Translations under genes and position numbers: made by a program
Part shown: piece by piece, positions 30,701 through 39,700 of the stretch
Numbering within the stretch: the first letter of the stretch is position 1
Layout of the letters: each line of letters opens with the position of its first letter
Notes under the pieces: generated by a model
The model's database searches: none
What the model was told of the DNA's origin: nothing
The model's input: only the letters and a program-made list of their open reading frames with translations
Assembly (NCBI GenBank): GCA_021731405.1
Contig: JAKFXN010000005.1
Coordinates: 105,892 to 169,891 of the forward strand
DNA from: Candidatus Parcubacteria bacterium
GTDB lineage: Bacteria > Patescibacteriota > Minisyncoccia > Phycocordibacterales > UBA918
Direction: 5' to 3'
DNA length: 64,000 nt

Positions 30701-33700
30701 TCAATAGTCACAAGCTCAAATGGTACTTCGGTAAAACCATCTCCGGTAGTGACACGGATATCGTCTCCGTCTGCTTGTAAAGCAGCAAAGAAAGCGTCTG
30801 GAAGATCATCTAGATTTACATACACAGGGAAATCAGTGAGGTTCTCTTCTACCGAGTCCGCATCTATTGTCACAGGCACGCGACCAGACCAACTATTGTC
30901 ATACCAAGAACCAGCCGCCCCCATTACTCTGAGGTTATTAAATGAAGAACCATTTGTTCGCACCTCATCAGCATCACTTACGAGTAGTATCACCTCACCG
31001 TTGTTGTGAGCAAAAGCACCAGAACCGGTTGTCAAGAAGTCTCCGCCTATTGTCAGCTGACCGGCTGGGAAAGTAACCGTACCTGATTGAATACGGAAAT
31101 TGCGTGTGGTACTGGCATTTGCTTCACTAAAGCTCCAAGCACCAGAGCCCGAAAAGACCAAGTCATAAAAGGCATTGAGGAAGGCCGTTCCACTTTGTGT
31201 AATGGTGCGCCCACCAGCAGTACTTGTCATTCTCACCTCTCCATTATTGTGCAGGAAAGTACCACCAGTGTTACTAAATGAACCTGCAATGGTAGTGGTT
31301 CCAGTCGGAAGTGTGACTGTACCTGTCGCAATAGACAAGTTTCCGGTTAAAGCGAGAGTTGAAGTAGAGAACGACCAATTACCGCCAGCTCCGGTAAATG
31401 ATAGGTTATTGAATGAGGAAGATCCTCTATTGATTGAGCCGGTAGTAGTTCCAACAAAAGTGACCGTTCCAGATTGTGGAATAAAGGCATTGTTGTTGAC
31501 CCAGCTTCGATACACGTTAATGTTGTAGCCTGAACCAGACGCATTAAGGGTATCGTCTGTCCCGATAGTAACGGACTCTGCCCCAACATTGCCAGCTAAA
31601 GTAATTGTTTTGGTTGTCCCATCAATTACTACGTAACCGATATTACTACTGGAAGTGGTTGCTTTTGCGTCACTCCATGTATTACTTCCCGAACCATCAA
31701 AAGTAGTTGTTCCAAGACCAGACATACTACCGCCTGCCGCTAATGAGAGGTTCCCCGCTACAGCTATTGAAGTTGTACTGCGAGCTAAAGTTCCAAAATT
31801 GACAGCAAGCGCTCCATCGATATCCAGATTTTTGCTTGAATTCCAGGTTGCAGTACCACTCGTTTCTCCAAAAGTTAGATTGTAGAAGCCAAGTGAACTT
31901 GAAGCACTCAGTGTTGAGCTTGAGGTTGTGGCTGTAAAAATGACCGTTGATTGACCGATATTAAACGTGCCGTTTTGTGTCCAAGAACCACGAACCCTAA
32001 CTGTACTTGTGGCAGGAGAGAACGTGCCGTAGTTTTCAAAATTAATCAGTGACGTATTTGCACTTGGGGTATATGTTGTACCTGCAAGTACTCGCAACTT
32101 TGCATCTGTACAGCCTGACTCAACACAGAGTGTCAATACAGAACTACCATCAATACTAAAGAAAATATCTTCGTCGTCAGTATTATCAAACTGACCCAAA
32201 AACGCGTTGGTGAGAGTTGGACTATCAGATGAGCCGAGCGATAAATGTCTTCGTGCCAGCTGCATGTTTGTCACGTCACCGATACCATTATATATAGTGA
32301 CCGCAACTGATTCCTCTGCATCCACTGCCCCATCCATAAATGTAGTCACAACATCGTCTTCAAAAGCAGTGACATTGTTGATTGCCCATGTCCCATCCCC
32401 AAGCACTGTTGCTGTCTTACCTGCCTGAACAACACCATTTACAGCTACACCCACCGTACCACTTGAAAGAGTTGTTGAGGCATTGTAATCATACGCGGTA
32501 CCTGAGACAGTAATACCTTCAGACCATTCCACTGTCCAATCATTGAGAGTTGGACACGAACCAGACACACACACAAACTCTGCATCAAGTGACAGAATTT
32601 CATAAATAGTTCTATCAACAGCTGAAATATCGATAGGGCTCGCTGTAAAGCCAGCACTGTTCCCTGGTAAAGCACTATCTGGAATAAGCTCATACCCTGA
32701 AGATGTTGCGTAGTATATATGATATTCAATATAACTAGCTCCTGGTGTTACGTCGGTGAACGTCACCTCTTCCCAACGAGGTCCGGCACCGTCATTAAAA
32801 TCAATTGTTGTAGAACGGATCGAGCCGGCAGTGAAGTTAGGGTACGTTCTAGCAGCCATTGTGTATGATCCGTCAAACGGTGTTCCTGTGATTGACGGAG
32901 TCGTGCTAATTGTTTGGAGCACTGTCCAAGTACTACCATCCCACTGACTTACATCATAGCGATCATTTGTATCATCAAAGAATACCGTATGGATAAGACC
33001 GTCGCCAGCTCTAAGAGATGACACCCGCCAAGAGTCCTGCATGGTAGTAAGTGAGAGTTCACCATTAAAAGACGAGGTGGCATAAAACTGGTACCGACCA
33101 GCTGTTGCATCGGAGTATGGCACTATCAAATAACCATCTCTCCCTGCCGTGGTTTCGTACGTACAGTCTACAGGTTGTCCGGCTTTTCCATTTGCTATCT
33201 GTTCAATTTCTGTAAAGGCGCCCCAAGCACTTCCGCTCCACTGAATCACTCCAACGTTTGTGTCGTTATCGACATAACATAATGAGACAGCATCTGAGCC
33301 TTCGTCACGCTTTAGAGAAGCCCATTCAATATGGTCACCAAGTGGAGTAGTAGAAGTTGACCATGCCGAACCATTCCAAAGCGCATAAAGAAGAGTGGTG
33401 GCAGCATTGTTAGTCAAGGCGACAATTGCCTGATTACCCGACTCTTCGTATACAACTGCCGCTCCCGCATTAGCATTTTCCGCCATATCACCAAGTGCTA
33501 GTGAATTCCCCCAAGCCGAACCACTCCATACCAAAATTTGGTAATCGACAGCACTAGTATTGGTATGCTTAAACACAGCCACAATCTCGTCTGATATTGG
33601 GTCTGAAGCGAGTTCAATATATAAACAATTATTTGCATTAGCTAGGTTAATTGTTGTTGTAGCAGACCAGGTTGTACCATTCCAGATTGCGTAGGTGGCA

Positions 33701-36700
33701 TCTACCCCATTACACGACACCGCCAACAAATCCCCTGAGGTGGTTTCGTAACTTAAATCAAAGCCACGTTGTAATGTGTCTGGTATAGCATCTTCAAGCT
33801 CATACACATCTCCCCACGAATCGCTATTAGCATCGTATATTTGCACATTCATGTCGTTGTCCGTACCAACGGTACCTAATGCATACTCAGCTCGAGTTGG
33901 TGAAGCCTTGAGCTCTGTCCAACGTATCTGTGCACCAACACTAGCTGCAGTTCCAGCGGCGCTCCAAGACGTTCCGTTCCACAAACGATATCGCGGAGCT
34001 TGTCCGGTTCCTTCTCCATAGGCCATCAACACTTCATTCACGATTGAAGTAATTTGGGCACTACCAGCATCTGTCTCGATACTATCAAGGACACCAGTCT
34101 CAAACTGTTCTCCAGTTGTTTGATGCCACATAGACACCGTAATAGCAGTGTCTACCGTAAAGCTATACGGGTCGGAATACTCGGACCAATTATTTGCACC
34201 ACCCGGATCGCGTGCTCGCACTCTCCACCAGTAGGTATTGCCGTTTGTAAGTGCTGATTGTAGTGTATAGCGAATTGTTTCACCTGAATTAAATGGTGTC
34301 GTATCTCCACCAGTTATGGTGTTTGAAAAACCAGCATCAGCACCTGAGTTAAAAGTTGAAGACGAGGTAAAAGCGTAGCTACTAGATAGCTGAACCTCAT
34401 ACTCAATTGAATCATTTTCTGGGTCAGTTGAAAAAAATGTTAGAGCTGGTGTAGTGGTAGCAACTTTAGCATTATCAAACGGCTGAACTTGTGAAGGAAT
34501 TTCAATTGTTTCAGACCACTCCACCGTCCAATCGAGCAGTCGTGGCAAAGTCGCGTTGCCAGTAAAACCAGCTACAATGCGAAGTTCATTGTATGTAGTA
34601 GTATTTAAATCAGCTAAAGACACAGGTGAGCTTGTAAAGCCACTACTGTTTCCCGCCAAGGCTACATCTGGAACAAGCGCATAGGTATCTCCTGCCACTA
34701 AGTACTCAATGTAGTAGCGAATTGCTCCCGAGCTCACATTATGGGTAAAAGAGAAATCTCCCCAAGCATTACCACTTGTTCTATCATCGTAATCAATCAC
34801 TGACGACGTAGTTGTACCTGCAGTAAAGCCTGATTCAATTCCAACATCGTTACTGCTAGTTGAAGTGACCAGATCAACAAAATTATTAGTAGCAAATTGA
34901 CTACCAGTGGTCTGGAACCAAGTTGTAATCGTATTTGAGGTGTTAATGGTTACGCTATAAGGAGTAGACCAATCACCGTACTCGCCTGAACCCGACACAT
35001 CTTGTCCACGCACTCTCCACCAGTAGGTATTGCCGTTTGACAGAGCGGTGGCTGACTCAAAGCGGATTCTTTGTCCGCTTGTGAATTCACTTTTTTGAGT
35101 CGGTTGGAGCAGGTTGGTAAATGCAGCAAAATTACTGACTGAATCAGTACTAATATCTGGTGTGCCAAAATTGACATCAGTATCTACTTGAATCTGGTAC
35201 GCAATTAAGTCCCCTACTTCATCGGTGGCTGCAAATTCAAACCACGGTGTTGTAGATGCAAGGCGCTCATTATCAAACGGAGCGTATAGCTCAGGCGCTA
35301 CAGGCGGTGCATTTGTAATAAGGCGGGGATAATTTGAGTATGTATTAAACAGAGACCCGTCTTCATACACCATACGGAAACAGTAATTGGTGTTTGACTC
35401 GGCATTATTATCTTGGATGACAAAATCCCACTCTGATTCTTCACCTACCGGTAGATCATTTTGATTCTCGCGAGTTGGGTTTTCAGTTTCGTATGTTTCA
35501 GGGTTGTCCGATGAAGACAAAAGAGTTGTGGGGAGCAATCTTCCGTCACTTATGAGCTCTTCACTAGACACTCCATAAAAACCCGTTGGATTTGATTTAT
35601 TATTGTAGGTAGTTGCGAGCCAAGTTGCACTTCGTGCAACGTTAGAAAGAGTAATTTCATCAACCAAACCATTAAAAGAGCGAGCGGCACCAAATGGATC
35701 TCGACCAATAGTGAGTGCGTCGATAGTTGCAGTTGCGTGCGTTACCGCATTTGTTCCACTAGCCACACCGCTTCCAGTATGAGCATACATAGTTGCTGTT
35801 GTGGGTTGAACCACCAAAGAGGCCATAAACCACTGATTGGTTGGATAAAGTGGACCCCCAACCCAGCTGTAGGTATTAACGGCATCTCGCCAGTGATAGC
35901 CAAGCCTTGTTCCAGCACTATCCACATTCATACCATTAGTGAGGGTTCCTCGTGACATCAAGAGTCCATCATATGCTCCTTGGGCACCATCCGCGTTCAA
36001 CCAAATAGACCAAGTGGAGGTAAGCATGTTCTGATTCATGTTGGTAGTGATATGTTCATCAACACCATCGTGATCAATTGCCCGCCCCACCACTCCAGCG
36101 AGCCTATCTCCTACTTCGAGGTTAACAGCTGTACCAGCGTTGTTTCCGGTACTATCAATAAACTGTGGAGCACTGGCAGTTGGGCTTTGATCAAGGTGAA
36201 ATACCGCCAAAAAACCATTGGTCCACACATTATTTCGACCATAGGTAGCTGAGACTGAATACCCCGACGCGCCTGAATTACCATAGTAGACAAAAAACTC
36301 TGAATCAGTTGTTGAGGATACATTAGCCTTAAAATGTAACTCTCCGGTTTTTGCAGAGGTATCTATTGCCACGAGCTCATAAGGAAGTTCTGTTTCTCCA
36401 TCACTTTCAGTGATTCGAATATCATCACCGTCGACCTGCACATTACTGAAAAAAGCATCGGGAAAATCGTCTAGGTTTAGATAGACTGGGAAATTTGTTT
36501 GGTCACCGGTGACAAGACCACTATCTATTGTCACTTTTACACGCCTATCCCAACTGCCACTATACCAACCGTCTCCGACTGCGGGATTTTCAAATCCCCG
36601 CCATAGCGCAGTAGTGGAAGACGTGTCGCCCACATCAGACCAAACTAAGGAGTTACTGCAGGTCAGACCTTCAGCATACTGCAGCTTAAAGGCTTCTGAA

Positions 36701-39700
36701 AAAGCCGGCAACTCGACATTTTCACCCATAAGTGACATACGTAGACGAATCACATCATCTGCATTAATTGCCATCACAGAAGTAAGTGGTGCATTTTCTG
36801 CAAGATCAGTCGCTCCGACTGGCCAGACATCTGTTGGGGTCAAGAAGCTTCCATTTACATACCAACGATAATTGTTCTGCGAAAGTTTTGGCTCGCGAAC
36901 CCACGCCAAGGTCCACTCTTCAAGTGAAGCAGACTCACTTCCGAGTGTAGTAAGTGTCGCCTCAAGACATATTTGGTCATAGGTTGTGGTTGAAAGCCCA
37001 GTAAGGTCGATTGGTGAGTTAGTCACATCAAATCCTGCACCATTACCAGAGAGTGCACCATCAGAAATATACGCATCACAGGTTCCAACATTAGAGTATT
37101 TGATACGTACTTTTACATCAGTACCAAACGGTTCAGTAGTTGAAAACGAGACATCACCCCAAGTTGGCTGATTTGGTACCGCTGTAAAATCAATCGGTGG
37201 AGTTTCAACTACCCCCTCAGAAAATTCAAATTTCTTAGAAACAATGTCATACATTTCATACGGAGTAGCAATAACAGATGAAGGGCTTGTTTCTAGTAAC
37301 TCTTCTGTAGACCATGACGAACCATTCCAAGCTGAGGCATTGAGGTCATCAGTCACATCATCAAGCGCTGCTATTATGATGGTTCCATCGCCTGCTCGTG
37401 CGGTCTGTACCCAAAACGAATCCTGCATGGTGCCAATTGTAGCTTCTGTACTGTATGCACTTGAGGTAGCTGAACGATAGCGTACATTTCCAGTATCACT
37501 ATATGGTGCCATCAAATAGTCACTGCGACCTGGAGCAATTTCAAATGCACACTCGATAGGTCTTGCGGTGTCTATATTGCCATCTATGTCTAACTCCACA
37601 AACGTACTCCATACACCCCCATCCCAGCGTAAGACCCCAACATCGTTGTCGGTATCAATATAACAAAGGGCAATTTTGTCTGAACTCGGATCTGCGGTCA
37701 GTCGACCAAATTCGAAGTCGTCACCAATGGCTTGCGTGGCATTAGCACTAAACTCAGTCCCATTCCAAGTAGTATAAAAGATAGCTGGATTTGCGTTGTC
37801 ACTCACAGTGATAATCGCCTGATCTCCTGAAGATTCATACACTACAGACATACCCTCTCTAGCTACAAGTGCAGATGAGCCGATAACTCGACTTTCTATC
37901 CACGCACTTCCATCCCAGACCAAAGCTTCGTACTGAGTACCAGTGTCACGGACCACCAAAATCAATTCATCTGAAGCAGGGTCAGAAGCAATTTCAAGGA
38001 AGTTACAGTTATTAGCTGAACTAACAGTAATTGAACTCGTTGCAGACCAAGTTGTACCGTTCCATACTCGATATACTGGATTTGGACCATTACTACAAGA
38101 AACAGCAATTGCGTCACCCGAAAGACTTTCATATCCAACTGCGACACCTCGATAAGCGGCGCTCGTGACAACCGAAGAAAGGAGGGTCAGATTTCCCCAT
38201 GAGCTCGTAGAAGCACTGTATATCTGAGCGTAGGCATCGTTTGCGGAATCAAGCGTGACCATTGCATACTCATCACGACTGACTGCCGCTGATGTACGTA
38301 CCCAATTGATAGTACCGCTTACTGCCTGCGCACTACCTTCAAGTCCCCAGTTTGCACCGTTCCACAATCTGTATCGTGGAGTTGTCACCGAGCCTTCGCC
38401 ATATGCAATGAGGACTTCAGAGCTTTCAGTGGCATCAACTTGTACACGATCAGCGCCACTGGAAACAGTTCCGACAAGCGAGTCTCCTTCAAATTGCCCA
38501 CTGTACGACTGGAACCAGCTAGGTGCCGACGCAGCCATGTCAACAGTAAGACTTTGGGTAGTAGACCAATCTCCGTATTCTCCTGAACCCGTCACATCCC
38601 GCGCCCGAGTTCTCCAGTAATAGGTAGTGAGATCAGTAAGAGCGTCTCCAGAGCTAAGTTGTAGACGAATTATATTATTTTCAACAAATGGTGATAGGTC
38701 TGTTGAGGATGAAGTATTAAAGAACTCAGAATCGACTGATGAATTAAATGTTGTCGATGCTGCAAAGCCAGTACTGGTAGAGATAGAAAATTCGTATTCT
38801 ATATTTGATGTACCGTCAGGATCGTTAGCTTGAAAATCAAAAAATGGTGTCGTTGACGCAAAGCGAATATTATCAAACGGAAGATTATAAGTTGTTGGAG
38901 CATCGGGTCTAAAGTCGATTTCTGCTTTCTTCCACATTAGAAGTTGTCCATCTGTAGAATCATTAAGCGTTCCTGCAGCTCCCTCCTGCTGAACAGTTAC
39001 CGTAATCACGTCTCCTATCAAGAGGTCTTCAACCACCATTACTAACGCGGAAGAAGACTCGGAATGCGCATTTTGGTTTCTTATGAAATGAGATTTGGTT
39101 TGCGCACCACTAATTCCAGTACCATTTTTTAGTACTGTTACTCTACTGTTTGCTCGTGTCACTCCGCCAGTGAGTGCATCATTATATGAAAGTAGGTAAT
39201 CCCCATCTGAACCGATTGTAATTTGGTGACTATTACTTGAAGTCGAGTGGGTGAAGAGAGAAGAATCGTACGCATCTCTGCTCGTCCATTGAATTGCTGC
39301 GGCTGCAGCAGGGTTCCAGTTTGTCCCTCCAACAACTGCGGTTCCGCGCAATGCAATAAACTCTGTCGAAGGCATTTCACGCACCAAAACGGAACCAAAG
39401 AACCCGGAGGTAACTGTTACTGTTCCGGCGTTTCCTTCCCGCAGTGCAGTTAGGGTAAGGACTTGGTTTGTAGTGGTTGCTACGACAATACCCGACCAGT
39501 GTATGGAACCTTCACTATCTGATTCAGTTCCAGGCGCCTGAGTGTATCCTTGCTTAAATTGACCTCCAGAGACTAAGGCCCCATCTAACCTGACTTGACC
39601 TGTGATGTTGGTATTGTTTGCACTACTTGTTATCGGAATATTTACTTGTACAAAGTAAGTACCTGGATTTGAAATAATAATCTGTTCAGGATTCACTGAA